Source: Lingula anatina (taxonomy: Eukaryota > Animalia > Brachiopoda). Taken from it: DNA of 64,000 nucleotides. Within the stretch, counting starts at the first letter, position 1. The number at the start of each line of letters is the position of its first letter. The stretch spans positions 2,170,001-2,234,000 of the forward strand of contig CM120646.1 in the NCBI GenBank assembly GCA_051362555.1, written 5' to 3'. The notes under the pieces are model-generated. The model saw only the letters and a list, made by a program, of their open reading frames with translations. It made no database searches and had not been told where the DNA came from. Made by a program: the position numbers and the translations under genes. Below, piece by piece: positions 1 to 12,152 of this stretch.

Positions 1-104
1 AGCATGGTGCAACAGCAGTTTTGTAAATATGGGTTCACAAAGGAAAGAAAGCTCTGACTGTTGCATAAAGAAGGAATATATAACTATTTGTTTATCCCCT
101 TATC

Positions 105-107
105 TGT

Positions 108-162
<55 letters not shown>

Positions 163-163
163 G
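105..163 (+). repeat. (TATT)n microsatellite
   Basis: Direct inspection. Confidence 0.95.
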
Positions 164-270
164 TTTTCATTTTTTACCCAGAAGACTACTTACTTGTATT
201 AAATGTTGTTGGGCAGTGTTTATTTATGCAATGAACAACCATTAAGTCATCACCACTTCTTATATTTTAG

Positions 271-550
271 CGGCATTGAATTCCTCGACCACCTAGACAA
301 ACTATACGAGACACAAAACATGGACATCAGCTCCGACGTCACCCCAGCTAAAACAGTTGACACAATGAAGCTACGCAATGCTATTGACAAGTGCACAGAA
401 TCCATGCCGCCATTACTGATGCTTGGTGATGCGCCCCAGCAGGAGACAGACGAGGAGTATAGCTTCCCGTATCACTGGCCTAGTGTGGTCAGCCTGGCCA
501 GTGCATCCAGTACTCTCATGCCGGAGTCCATTGGACACGTCCTACTGCAG
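271..550 (+). CDS. Dynein heavy chain-like gene (DNHD1-type probable), first exon visible in window
   Basis: ttttag| acceptor at 269-270, CAG|gtacag donor after 550; open frame GIEFLDHLD...GHVLLQ; phase-compatible with next exon. Confidence 0.75.
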
Positions 551-845
551 GTACAGTGTATGGCTTGGTGACAGAAGGGATTGAGATTTAAAATAAATGC
601 AGCTTAGTGTGGAAAACAAAAAGTGTAATTAAAAGAAAATAAGGAATAATGTTGTATTCACTGTTGAAGAGTTGAGTGTGTCAGACACAATATATGCTAG
701 GAGGTCTTGGATTGGGGGAGCTTTCTATCTTCTGTTTCCCTATATAGTCCTATTTCATCCTATTTTCCACAATACTTTTCTTTCACCCTTTATGGTACAA
801 GCAAAGCACTCGTGTTATACTGGCAATTTTTCTTTAATGTTTCAG

Positions 846-1047
846 GAATGCCAGTGGCTGAACTCCTTACTGTGTTACATCAGGCAGAATATCTATGACA
901 TCAGGAACTCTCTGGTGGGAGGTACCGAGTCCCTGCCTAACCCTCTCAAAGAGGCTGTCTTCTGCCTGCAGGAAGAGTATGTGCCAGTGACTTGGGTCCA
1001 CCCCAACAAGCAGCCTTGTACTCATACTTTAGACTCCTGGCTCACAG
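846..1047 (+). CDS. Dynein heavy chain-like exon
   Basis: ttcag| acceptor, G|gtacag donor; ECQWLNSLLCYIRQNIYDIRNSLVG...EYVPVTW...TLDSWL resembles the dynein C-terminal domain (QE..R.N.LL..I...L..L...L.G and VP..W....L.SW pattern). Confidence 0.85.
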
Positions 1048-1312
1048 GTACAGCAGTTATTTTTATTATAATCATCATGTTTTCCAGGAAAGAGACTTTT
1101 TGGGAGCCAAAAATATCATTGGTCTTAACCCCACACTATATTTTCTGTCTTAACTCCCCTTTGAGTGCAAGATTGATGTGTGCTCTTATAAAAGCTGTTT
1201 GGGATCTTGCCATTAAAAGGCAATAGACATTGCATCATGTTGACAATTTCTTTCATTTATTCCAAAATTTTATTATTCTTCTTCTTATTATTATTATTAT
1301 TATTATTAACAG

Positions 1313-1518
1313 ACTTGAGGAAGCATTACTCACAGCTCAATTCATGGGTCAAGTCTGGCATGGTGCCAACCTATGACAAAGAGGGTAATGTCAGTAATTC
1401 AGGAATAGCCAGAGGATCCTTGAATGTCCTATGGCTAGGAGGATTGGTGAAACCACAGGCGCTCTTCACTGCATTGAGGCAGGAAAAAGCTGTTGTCATG
1501 GAAACCACCATGGATGAG
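1313..1518 (+). CDS. Dynein heavy chain-like exon
   Basis: aacag| acceptor, GAG|gtagat donor; WLGGLVKPQALFTALRQEKA matches the dynein WLSGFF.PQ.FLTA..Q motif. Confidence 0.88.
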
Positions 1519-1801
1519 GTAGATATTTCAATGTCAATGTGAAGCAGTTCCATTCTGGATTTACAATGTTGTGAAAACGGGTGTTGCTTGGTTCAATTTT
1601 TTTCTTCAATATCAAAAAAGTGTAAAATTGCCATCTTAACAAACACGAAATGCTCTTTCTGGGCAAATTTAGGTATCTTTCTTCAACTGCCTTTGTTCTG
1701 ATAACATGAAACTGGGCTTTTTTATGTAAGATTTTTTTTAAACTGTCAGTGTTATAATGTAGTATTTATTGTGATAATTATCTGGATTATCATCCAATCA
1801 G

Positions 1802-1941
1802 ATCGCACTGAGTTGTGAAGTGCTGGAGGGTGCCGTTATAGAGCAGATGGAGGTACAAGACGAGGGCGGACTTTACATACGAGATCTACTGATGCAAGGT
1901 GCATGCTGGGATGGGGAAAATGGCAGCCTTGCTCCTGCCAC
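1802..1941 (+). CDS. Dynein heavy chain-like exon (not in ORF track)
   Basis: atcag| acceptor, AC|gtaaga donor; IALSCEV...GGLYIRDLLMQGACWDGENGSL matches the dynein GVYI.GLFLEGA.WD motif. Confidence 0.88.
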
Positions 1942-2197
1942 GTAAGAGTTTTTATTCTTCTTGATAAGTTGATAAAGTAAATGTTACAAGGATTAGAGAT
2001 GATGTTATGTAGTGTTATGTGATAATGATATTATCTATAATGACATCATAAAATAATATGATTTGGTAAGATATGTATAACACGAGTATGCATTCCTATT
2101 TATAGCAACAAACCACATTATATTTGCATCGGCCTTTATGTCATTTTACTATATTCTGTCATCTATTGAAATTATATTTATATTTTTCCCCTCCCAG

Positions 2198-2309
2198 GTC
2201 CTTCCTGTACCCCATGCCACTGATGTATGTGAAGCCAGTGATGAGATCAGAACTGGAGGAGATGAAGCAGCAGATCAGTCTGTATGATGTCCCAGTCTTC
2301 ATGAACAGG
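2198..2309 (+). CDS. Dynein heavy chain-like exon
   Basis: ctcccag| acceptor, AGG|gtaggt donor; MPLMYVKP...LYDVPVFMNR matches dynein MP.I...P...Y.CPVY. Confidence 0.85.
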
Positions 2310-3101
2310 GTAGGTGGGAGATATCACATAGCAGATCAGTCTGTACGATGTCCCAGGCTTCATGAACAGGGTAGGTGGGAGATATCACATAGCAGATCAG
2401 TCTGTATGATGTCCCAGTCTTCATGAACAGGGTAGGTGGGAGATATCACACAGCAGTTCAGTCTGTATGATGTCCCAGTCTTCATGAACAGGGTAGGTGG
2501 CAAATATCACACAGCAGTTCAGTCTGTATGATGTCCCAGTCTTCATGAACAGGGTAGGTGGTAGATATCACACAGCAGATCAGTCTGTATGATGTCCCAG
2601 TCTTCATGAACAGGGTAGGTGGCAGATATCACACAGCAGTTCAGTCTGTATGATGTCCCAGTCTTCATGAACAGGGTAGGTGGTAGATATCACACAGCAG
2701 ATCAGTCTGTATGATGTCCCAGTCTTCATGAACAGGGTAGGTGGGAGATATCACATAGCAGATCAGTCTGTATGATGTCCCAGTCTTCATGAACAGGGTA
2801 GGTGGGAGATATCACACAGCAGATCAGTCTGTACGATGTCCCAGTCTTCATGAACAGGGTAGGTGGGAGATATCACATAGCAGATCAGTCTGTATGATGT
2901 CCCAGTCTTCATGAACAGGGTAGGTGGGAGATATCACACAGCAGATCAGTCTGTATGATGTCCCAGTCTTCATGAACAGGGTAGGTGGGAGATATCACAT
3001 AGCAGATCAGTCTGTATGATGTCCCAGGCTTCATGAACAGGGTAGGTGGGAGATATCACATAGCAGATCAGTCTGTATGATGTCCCAGTCTTCATGAACA
3101 G
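2269..3101 (+). repeat. 61-bp minisatellite, about 13.7 copies, spanning an exon 3' end and its splice donor
   Basis: Unit agcagatcagtctgtatgatgtcccagtcttcatgaacagggtaggtgggagatatcacat recurs at 2269, 2330, 2391 ... 3062 with few substitutions. Confidence 0.97.
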
Positions 3102-3489
3102 CTGAGAAGAAGGCTGGGGTTTTAGTAGTATTTCTAGGGGAAGGGTTTTTTTTTTTTTGGGGGGGTGTACATTTATATAACTGGGTTATCAATCAAACGG
3201 GGGGCATATGAAAAGCAAGGTAATAGTCAAAGTTTGACATAATTTTTAACTCATGCTTTGTTGCTCAACATTTAATTTTTAACTTATGCTTTGTTGCTCA
3301 ACATTTACCCTATTCAGAGGGACCATGGCCATGAGTAATTTCCAAAAACGTTAAAAGCATTCACAATTTTAAACCACAATTATTACTGTGAAATATATGA
3401 TAAATGAACACTGAATTCTTTATGAATTTGTCCCATTCAATGATCTTATGATAAGAATATTTAATTGCTATATTTTGTTCTAACTCCAG

Positions 3490-3583
3490 GCCAGACAGGT
3501 GTGTGCCCTCACCCTACCTCTGGCCAGTAAAGATCCTGTGGAGACATGGCAGCTAGCCACCGTGGCCCTTATACTGGATCCAG
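3490..3583 (+). CDS. Dynein heavy chain-like exon ending the conserved C-terminal domain
   Basis: ctccag| acceptor, G|gtatga donor; LTLPLASKDPVETWQLATVALIL matches the dynein terminal W..RGVALL motif. Confidence 0.85.
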
Positions 3584-3830
3584 GTATGACATGCATGAGT
3601 GGACACGTGTATACATGTCCACACACACACACACACATCAAAACAGTCGAAGAAATATATAAATTCAGGCTTGCACATTGACACCATAAAATTGGCATAT
3701 TATGGTTATAATGATAAGATACTGTTAATCCTTTCTTGAAAATGGTAAATGCATGGTATCTTTTATGAATCATTATCCTCCTAATGTAATCTGTCAATTA
3801 GAAATGTGTTTCTACTGCTGTGTTTTTTAG

Positions 3831-4708
3831 GGGTCCCAGAGGATGCCCACCGTAAGCCTCGCAAGCATGCTGCAGTCAAAGCCATGCCGTATCACGTGGG
3901 TGATGCAGATGCAGCGCGTGCACTCAGCACACGCCAGGCTAACACAGCAGACCTCTTCGAAGGTGCAGAATCACAGATGGACGCTCGTATGTCTGCTCGA
4001 TCCCGTTTGTCTGCACGTTCATACCACTCCCAGATGTCGTACCGCCCCATGTCACCCCGCGCCCCTCCACTTCCACCTGACCTGCAGATGCACAGGGAAC
4101 AGGTAATGACGGAGGTGTCTGATGAGCCCGAGCAAAGTCCCAGAAGTCAAGCTGGTTCACAGCAAGGACAAAAACAACAGACAAATTTACCACAGAATAA
4201 GTTCCCCTCCAATGACTCATTGGGTAAGCAGTCTCAGAAATCTGTGGGCTCACGGAAAAAAGGTTCCCTGAACAGGCCACCTAGTGAGCAGTCAAGGAAA
4301 TCAGTTGAGGGTGGTATTGCCACAGGACCTGAGTCAAGGCCACTGAGTCGCCACTCACGTGATGCAGAAGAGGGCGTCACAGAGGGCGCTCAGGGGCAGT
4401 CTCCAAAAGCGTCTCAAGCTGGCTCAGTGAAGGGCCAATCACCAAGGGCCTCTCAAGCTGGCTCAGTGAAGGGCCAATCACCAAGAGCCTCTCAAGCTGG
4501 CTCAGTGAAGGGCCAATCACCAGCAGCATCTCAAGCTGGCTCAGTGAAAGGGGAATCCCCCAGAGGAGGGTCACAGGCAGGGTCCGTCAAAGGTCAACCA
4601 CAGGGGTCAGAAGGTCAAAGGTCACGTCGGCCTAGCCAGCAATCTGCCACTAAGGAAAGTGATGAGAACAAATCAGACTCTGAGAAACAGGCCAGTGCTG
4701 GAGAGTGA
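3831..4708 (+). CDS. Terminal coding exon of dynein-like gene: low-complexity S/Q/G/R-rich tail
   Basis: ttttttag| acceptor at 3829-3830 in phase 1 matching the previous donor; long open frame to TGA at 4706-4708. Confidence 0.8.
4394..4596 (+). repeat. Coding 39-bp (13-aa) tandem repeat GQSP(R/K/A)ASQAGSVK, about 5 copies
   Basis: Visible in DNA (tctcaagctggctcagtgaagggccaatcacca) and in the translation. Confidence 0.92.
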
Positions 4709-7498
4709 TATGTCCATTCTGAGAGAGAAACTGATACAATTGGTCATTGAACTGTTGCATGAAATTTAATTCATCCTTGATGTTAAAAATGTATTTATTC
4801 TTTCAGTGTGGAGTATAACTGCATAATATAGCTCTCAGCATGACATTGCAATCGTGGAGATAATTTGATGATGAGTAAAGATTTACTTGCTATTTTAAAG
4901 TGGAACTTTTTCGAATTAATTTTATATTGATATATTACTGCTGAGGTGTCTCAGAAGGGAAACTGTATATTGTGTAAGATTTGTTTCACTAATATAACTT
5001 TTATACATGAAATACATGTATGTGTTCTACATAAGACATTCATGAAAACCCGTCCATGTATCTAGGCACACTGTGATATGTTAGGTAATTGTATATATAG
5101 GAGATGTACCTAATTTTACTTGAACTGAACTGCTGTTTTGTGTTGGGAACGTTTGTTCCAATGATCTTTTTGTCATTTGTTCATTGTGATTGACAATTTT
5201 TTGTGTAATTTTTAGAGGATCAATGTTATAAATTTTGATGAAAAATGTTTATTGTTGTTTATGGGTTTTAACTGAATAAGTATTATTTTATTATAATTCA
5301 TTATTTGCCTTTTAACTGTATGCTAAATGCATATAATTGTTTTCATATTCAAATTTGATTGTAGATCAGTTTCCTTTTATTTTCTTAGTATTTTTAAATA
5401 AATTTTCTTTGAAAAGATTCTGGGCCATCGACAAGACCCAAGTTGACCTTGAAAACATTAAAAAGAATAATACTTGGACTTCATATTACAAGAATTTATT
5501 CCTCCCTCTGTCTCACATAAACAATTAAGCTAGAATGCTTAACAAATAAATAATAAATAACACGATGAGATTTCAGTAACACCTTATACAATATAAGTCA
5601 ATATTCCTAATAACTGTAACGATGAAAGTGCAAATCTAATAAATACAGCTTCTAGGTTATTTTTATAACAAATCAACCAAACAGCTATTTTTTTATTTGC
5701 AGGTATCAATCTAGGACCTGTTGAAAATTGTGAAGCATTTTATATGGCACATCAGTTCATTTGTTTTCACCCTGACAATGACAAAGTTTTTTCTGTTTCT
5801 ACGATCTTCCAAATCTAAGAATTTATTACATTTTCCCAGACATAACCAATTGTAGGTACTTAATATTATGGATATAATTTGACAAGAAAAGGATGTCTAT
5901 TCATTCTACCTTATAAATGTTAACAAAATGAATCAAATTTCATACCAGTCCTTGAAATGAATTGGATATAGAAAATCAAAAGTATTCTATTACAACCTCA
6001 ACAATGGTTTTAATATAAATAGTAGTAAAATTCACCAATATACCTCTTAGTATGCTGTGCTTTTTGAAAAGAATTTTTTTCTTTGTGGTCCTATCACCTA
6101 ATTTTCACAGGGGTTCTTAAAACAGAAAATGGAGCTTTCTAGCTTGTCATACCCCAGATACCAATATGTACCTGTGAATTCTGAACACCACAATCAACAA
6201 GAATGTAACAGTGCGTGGCAATTTTCAATTTTCCCCTAAAACCTTTTACAGATGTGATATATTATTTGAAATGAGTATCTTTGCCAGCTCCCTCCAGAAT
6301 ACCTCCAACTCTTTTTTTCAGTGAAATAGACCCAAACTCCACAAAATCAAAACACTGACAATATCCGCAATTCTTCTACATGAAAATACAAATGGTTCAT
6401 TTTCATCCTAAATGTTACAAAGTTCCCAGTGAGACTTGAAATGTTCAAATTTTTACTGATGAAAAACTATCAATGTGCTGTATTGTGATAATGATATTAA
6501 TGATGTGTGGAGAATAAAATGGGTGAGAGAAGGCTTGTACATAGACCAACAACACTGCCATAAAACATGAAATTCCACCAAAAACACAACAATAGCACCT
6601 GTCACCAATGTTCATATCAATAATTATAATAAATGAAAAAAAAAATCTCCCAAATGACTACCCTCAATTCTGTTTCAGAATGTCGTGGAATTGCTCATGA
6701 AAAGAAATAATTACACATTCTAAAAACTAGTTCCCATTTCTGTTATTTTAAAATCTTAATTCCTTTTCCCTGAAGCTTCTATTTCAGTATGTTAAGATAG
6801 ACAAGACGGCAGCAGCAGCAGATCGGGGTTTCATGTAAGAAGAAGACAAAAGCATAGGCAACCTTCTGTCACACTGTTGAACCAAAACTGGTTTAGATGT
6901 TAATCAAGTCACCAGACAGATGTACATATTAATCAGCCAGTGCTTTAATGGCAGGAAAGTTGAGGAAGCTTTCATCATTGAACACCTACCCCCACTCCAG
7001 CTCTCCTCTGTCTAATCATTTGCCTCTCTGTTATAAGGATGGATTAAAATGACTGGCATATATTCATTCTGCTGTCAGGTGACCAGTTATGAACTTTAAC
7101 CTTCTAAATGTAAAACTTCCAGCACAAGGTGCCTAGAGCATACCAGACATTAATAAATTCTTATACATGAATGGAATTCTTCATTAGAACTACAAGGAAT
7201 GAGTGATAAAAAAAAGAAGTACGTATAAAGATTTAAAGCTGAATTCAATTCACCATTTCAGAGGAGAACAATAATTTAAGTTGATAAGAGTATAGGCGTC
7301 GTATAGATGTCTTAATATATTTTTCAATCACCATAAAACTTGTGTTTCCTCCCATTTTTCTAAATACTCCTCTTCAGTACAATCAGATCAAGGTTATTTT
7401 TCACATCATCCCTCTCAAAAAACACAAATAAATAACGAAATAAAGAACAAGAAGGCTTTGACCTCTTCTGACAAAAGGTGACCTTGACCTTCAATGAC

Positions 7499-8046
7499 TT
7501 ATGCAGCCTGGCTGTTGTCAAAAGATATTGTTCCAAACCCGTTCTGTTTGCACCCATTCATCTCGACCGCACTTTGTGGGTTCGTACCATCTTGCTCATT
7601 CCGACTGTCAATACTATCCCTGCTTACTTCATGGTCATCGAGTTCATTTTTTAACTGTTCTTCATTCTCCAAGCAGTTTTTGGTACTGCCATTTTCACAA
7701 ATGTCACTGTCACAACGACTATTTTCAAAGTCACCATTTTGTTCTCCCATCAGGTCATCTTTGGGTTCCTCTTTAACACCGTCTCTGTTGCAACTTCGTG
7801 CATCTTCATTTTCCTCGTCAAATGTTTTTTCCTTCATCCCGATCAGTTCCTCTGCAAACTCTGCCATGCCATATTGCTGTGCAATACGCAGGCCTTCATC
7901 GAAAAGGGTCTCCTGTACGAATTGTCTTGTTTTTTGTGGATTTGCCTTTGGTGGAACTCTGTAGAAATCATGTCTAGAAAAGTCCAGATCTTCTTCGTGT
8001 CCCTCGTGTTGAGGAGATGTGCTCCCACTTGGAATATTCGAAGAGT
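7499..8046 (-). CDS. NAB: NAB terminal coding exon (core exon 10)
   Basis: tttttgaag| acceptor, phase 1; QETLFDEGLRIAQ resembles the NAB2 C-terminal QQTLMDEGLRLAR motif; contains VKEE SUMO consensus; TAA at 7499-7501. Confidence 0.85.
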
Positions 8047-8389
8047 CTTCAAAAATATAAAATTTATTCAGTGAAATAGCTTTGTTCCTTGTATAATGAT
8101 GGTAAAAAGGAAGATTGGATCTAAAGGGGCAGTGAAGTGACTTCACCTTCAGATGCTCAAAGTGTCAACAAACAGCCAGATGGGATTTATATATCTTTGG
8201 CACAATGGGCTTTCTTAATCAACGCCTCTACACAAAGACACCAAATACATTCAGTCTAAGTCAAAACTTGGTTTAGAAGACATAAAATTCTTTGACTGAC
8301 AAATACTTCTAGGTAAAAATCTTCTGTCTTCTGATTCTTGTTTACGATAAGGTTGTCTAAAACATCCAGTAAAGTTAGGAAATATTTAC

Positions 8390-8448
8390 CTGTGCCATCA
8401 TCCTCCAATGATGTATTTCCATTAGTGGCTTTCTTTGTCATGTTATAA
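8390..8448 (-). CDS. NAB: NAB core exon 9
   Basis: Poly-T tract cag| acceptor, G|gtaaat donor; phase 2 to 1 links exons 8 and 10 in frame (YNMTKKATNGNTSLEDDGT). Confidence 0.75.
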
Positions 8449-8775
8449 CTGAAAAAAAAAAAAAAACATTTGTAAAATTATAGAAGTTTAGTTAATCATG
8501 CTTTTAGCATAAAAATAAATTTAGCACAATGCTTTTACAACTTTCTTCTCTTTTAAAGGATCCAAATTTCCATTTTTTAATGATCTGTTATAGACTAAAA
8601 AAACAAAATAACAGATATCAGTTACAAAATTTAATGTTCACTAACTGCTCAAAATAAAAAGAGATATTAAATAATGTTATTTTTAGTTTCTTTATTGATT
8701 TTTAATGGATATTTTGGTGTAAAATCATTAATATCTGAAAAAAAATGTCAGAACGACCCAGACTCTATGACTCAC

Positions 8776-8981
8776 ATTTGAGATCTCCGTTGTCGCCGTA
8801 TAATTTCACTTTGTTCTGTCAGAAGTTGCAACTGCTTAGATGTTAGATTTTCTAACTCTGTTTGGAGTTCATGGATTCTTGGAAAATTTTCTTCATCTCG
8901 TGCCAACTGAATCTGTGTCTTTACTTCCTCTTGTTGCTGGGCAACTTCGTGAAGCTCCTGATTAATTTGCGTCATTCTCTC
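8776..8981 (-). CDS. NAB: NAB core exon 8 (coiled coil)
   Basis: ttctcag| acceptor, AT|gtgagt donor; ERMTQINQELHEVAQQQEEVK...LQTELENLTSKQ heptad pattern. Confidence 0.82.
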
Positions 8982-9715
8982 CTGAGAAGAAAGAAATGTG
9001 CTTAACAGTCAGATTCTAGCAGATATTAAAAGAACAAATACTTATTTTCTTTTAATTTTTTCCCACATGCATTTCTTAGTTCCAATTGGAATTTGAGTTA
9101 ACATCAAACAACTGTTAAATTCACAGGCAGATTGAAAAATTATTATCACCATTTTTCAAGTTGCAAACATTTGTCAAGTTTTAGGGACCCAACAGTTGCC
9201 CGCGTCAGTCAAAAGAAAGACATTCTTGTATCATCATATTCATGACACCACATGAATGCACTCTCACTCATATTTGTGTTCAACTTTGCTCCTAGTATAT
9301 AATTATGATCTTAGTATTTTCTTAACCATTATGATGACCTCTTAAGGCCCTTCCACATCAAGCATTCTGCCTTAGCATTTCTTCCTTAGTGCAGTTTTAA
9401 GAAATTTCTTAACAGTCTAACAGCCAAGTTATTGTGTATGAAAAATGCCTAAATAGAGTTTATGTGCTTGACACTTGCTGATTAATAAATAATTGATAGT
9501 TTCAGATAAATGATGCTTTGCTCATATTTCTACTGTGTTGAATAAAAAGTACTTGCTCCAGGTAAAACTTTCATGCAAAGAGCAGGAAACAAACTACTAA
9601 AACCCCCTTCAGTGCAATTTACATTATATAATCACTCAAACCAGAAAGATGGTATGCTAACACAGAATACTCAATGTGAAAAGGATTCAAAACATCTTTT
9701 TAAGTGCTCACTGAC

Positions 9716-9836
9716 CTCTCTTTTGATTTGGTCTAATTCGGCCTTGACTGACTTGGAATTGAGATCGTGTTGACGGTGAAGAACGCCATCTATCCTCGGT
9801 TTCTTTAATGGACTCTCCCCTGGCATAACACCAGAC
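9716..9836 (-). CDS. NAB: NAB core exon 7 (NLS-like PLKKPR)
   Basis: tttcaag| acceptor phase 2, GAG|gtcagt donor; SGVMPGESPLKKPRIDG...SVKAELDQIKRE. Confidence 0.82.
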
Positions 9837-9888
9837 CTTGAAAAAAAGTTTAAATGATTAAAATATACTGAAGAACCAGGCTGACAGA

Positions 9889-10117
9889 GGACCCACTCTC
9901 AATGAAACTATCATTCTCGATCCAACTCCGTGGGAACTCTCACTGAATGCAACTCCTCATTCTGGCATTGAGTAGAATACAGAAAAGCTGATGATTATAT
10001 GAGTATTTTGAAAACAAGAGGAGGTAGCTTTATCTATTAATCTGATTGCATTCAGCGAGAGTCCCTGCAGAGTTGGATCAATCTGTGCAGAACAATAGTG
10101 TTATTGGGAATGGGTCC
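9889..10117. mobile_element. Palindromic MITE, family B
   Basis: ggacccactctcaat...attgggaatgggtcc termini; inner arms gatccaactccgtgggaactctc / gagagtccctgcagagttggatc; related copy at about 35195-35645. Confidence 0.75.
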
Positions 10118-10752
10118 ATATTTGCTGGAAGTGAGGCATCTCTCTGGATGGAAATGCGCTAGTTGGGATTGCTATGCTGCTTCTCTGGCGCAATGAATAC
10201 TTGGAGTCGGGCACAAAACAAAAAGTTATGTAAACAATTAATATTTTTTTCCACAATGAATGAATAATGCAAATCTTCCCAATAATACGATTGTGCTTTA
10301 AAAGATCCAATAATAACTTTGAATTAAACGGTGCAAGTAAATTGATAACATTCTTTAGTGACAAATAAGAAAAATAAGAGGGGCTTTGCCTATAAAATCA
10401 TATTATTTCAAACTGGGCAAATCCTTAAACCACAAATGAAAACACCCCTATCACCAAACCCTGCAACAAGTCTTATTATTTTCAGATAGTATTTATAAAC
10501 ATTCAGCCTTACTAAAATCACTCTAAATGCACACCCTTTTTCATGCAAAACTAAACCAAGCATATCCTTTAAACATCATAAATGGGGTAATATTCAGCTA
10601 AAAATTCCTTTAAAAAAATCCCACTAGAATTCGCCACCTGCAATGATTCAGCCAAGACCTTTTCCCAAAGAAAAAAAATAAATAAATCATTTCCTAACCA
10701 AAACAATCCAGCAGACAACATGCATTTCCCAACAATGAATGCATCTGTTTAC

Positions 10753-10815
10753 CTGCTGAAGTCATTCCAGGGAATTTCAGGGGAACTATTGCTAAGGTCC
10801 CATGCAAATTTTCCC
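10753..10815 (-). CDS. NAB: Candidate NAB cassette exon (63 nt, phase 2-2)
   Basis: ctttccag| acceptor, CAG|gtaaac donor, open in NAB frame (GKFAWDLSNSSPEIPWNDFS), four TGCATG motifs nearby. Confidence 0.55.
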
Positions 10816-12018
10816 CTGGAAAGTTGAAAGTGTTTTTTCTTGGTATAAACTGTAAGACTGTGCAAGCACAAAAGAAGACACATGCAACTTTTGCATTCTT
10901 GAATAAAACATGGATATAGAACTATCAGACAACTCTTAAAAGGGATGAGCATATTTACAGGTGCTTTTTTTATTTAGAAATGTGGGATTCCATGTTGAAA
11001 AGTCATGTCTCATCTGGTGTTTCAATTGGAAATACGTGACTCAGCCACTGAGGCAGAGCAAATCAAAATACAGGGACGTCTCATGGCAAACTTGGTAATA
11101 CGCTTCGCTGTTCAGAACCAACTTTCTATTCTTTTCTATTTCTCACCCACCTTCAGTCAAAGTGGAAAAATAACAGGTTTTACTTTAGCCAACAGGCATC
11201 GAAATATCCCTCATTATTTTTAATACGTCCTTGTTTAGATGAAACAATGTCATTGTGAAAATGGGTCAGTTTTTTTAGCAACTTACATACATACATAGTT
11301 CAGTTCATACAGGCACAGTCATTCACTGAGGTGTCCAGTCAAATATTTATGGGAATCTCTATAACTATACAGCTTAGCTAGATCTACGTAACCATGGTTG
11401 CAGTAGCCTTCACAATCCATTGCTCTGAAACTGCTCATTCTTATAGTGAGAAAAAAAATTGCTTTTCTGTGATATTTCCCTTCCATGATCCAAAACTTTC
11501 AACTGACAACATTCACAAAGAGTTCTAAACACAGTTACTTCTAAAAGCAATGATGAGCAATGGTCACCTGTGTGGTAATCATAAAACAAAAGCAGCGGTT
11601 TCAGACGTGCACTATACACTATACAGTGTGGAATTCTTCCTTCACTGGTTGCAGTGCATGCATGTGTTCTGTAGTGTCAGAGAACGAGAAAAACATTTCT
11701 GCTTGCATGTTCCTATACACTCGAGTATGCGTGAATGCACGTTTGTGTCTTTTAGTCTAAGAGCATGTGTACATAGTCTAGTAGGAAGACTTTGACCAAA
11801 AATTGAAGAATGACAGGAGCTTCTGTCTTAATCTCAAAAGAAGTACTGGAAATGTATTTATCAACATAGGGTATTTAAAATGCATTTCATTTATCAAAAT
11901 TGGGTACAGAAATGTAGGCAACACAGCTGTCGTGAAGAACACACACTTTGCTACTGAGAAAAGCTCATTCAATGTGAAGACTACAGCAACCAATCAAAAA
12001 CCATCTTACTTTGAGTAC

Positions 12019-12152
12019 CTGGAATGGCCCTTAGAATATTGGTAGCCACTGTCTCTTACGACCTGGCGTGCGAGTGGGAACAAGTCCTCTCTTCGAGTTA
12101 ACAGCGCAGGCATTAGCTTACATAATTGGGCTGCTCCCTCGTTCACTGAGAT
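12019..12152 (-). CDS. NAB: NAB core exon 6 (NCD2); alternative in-frame donor ends the exon at 12010
   Basis: ISVNEGAAQLCKLMPALLTRREDLFPLARQVVRDSGYQYSKGHSR matches NCD2; tttccag| acceptor; donors gtactc and gtaaga. Confidence 0.95.

Noticed and set aside
2269-3101. CRISPR-like array
   Set aside because: Units are contiguous near-identical tandem copies with no unique spacers; eukaryotic context with no cas genes.
7494-8074. Plus-strand ORFs 7494-7964 and 7739-8074
   Set aside because: Antisense shadows of the NAB terminal exon.
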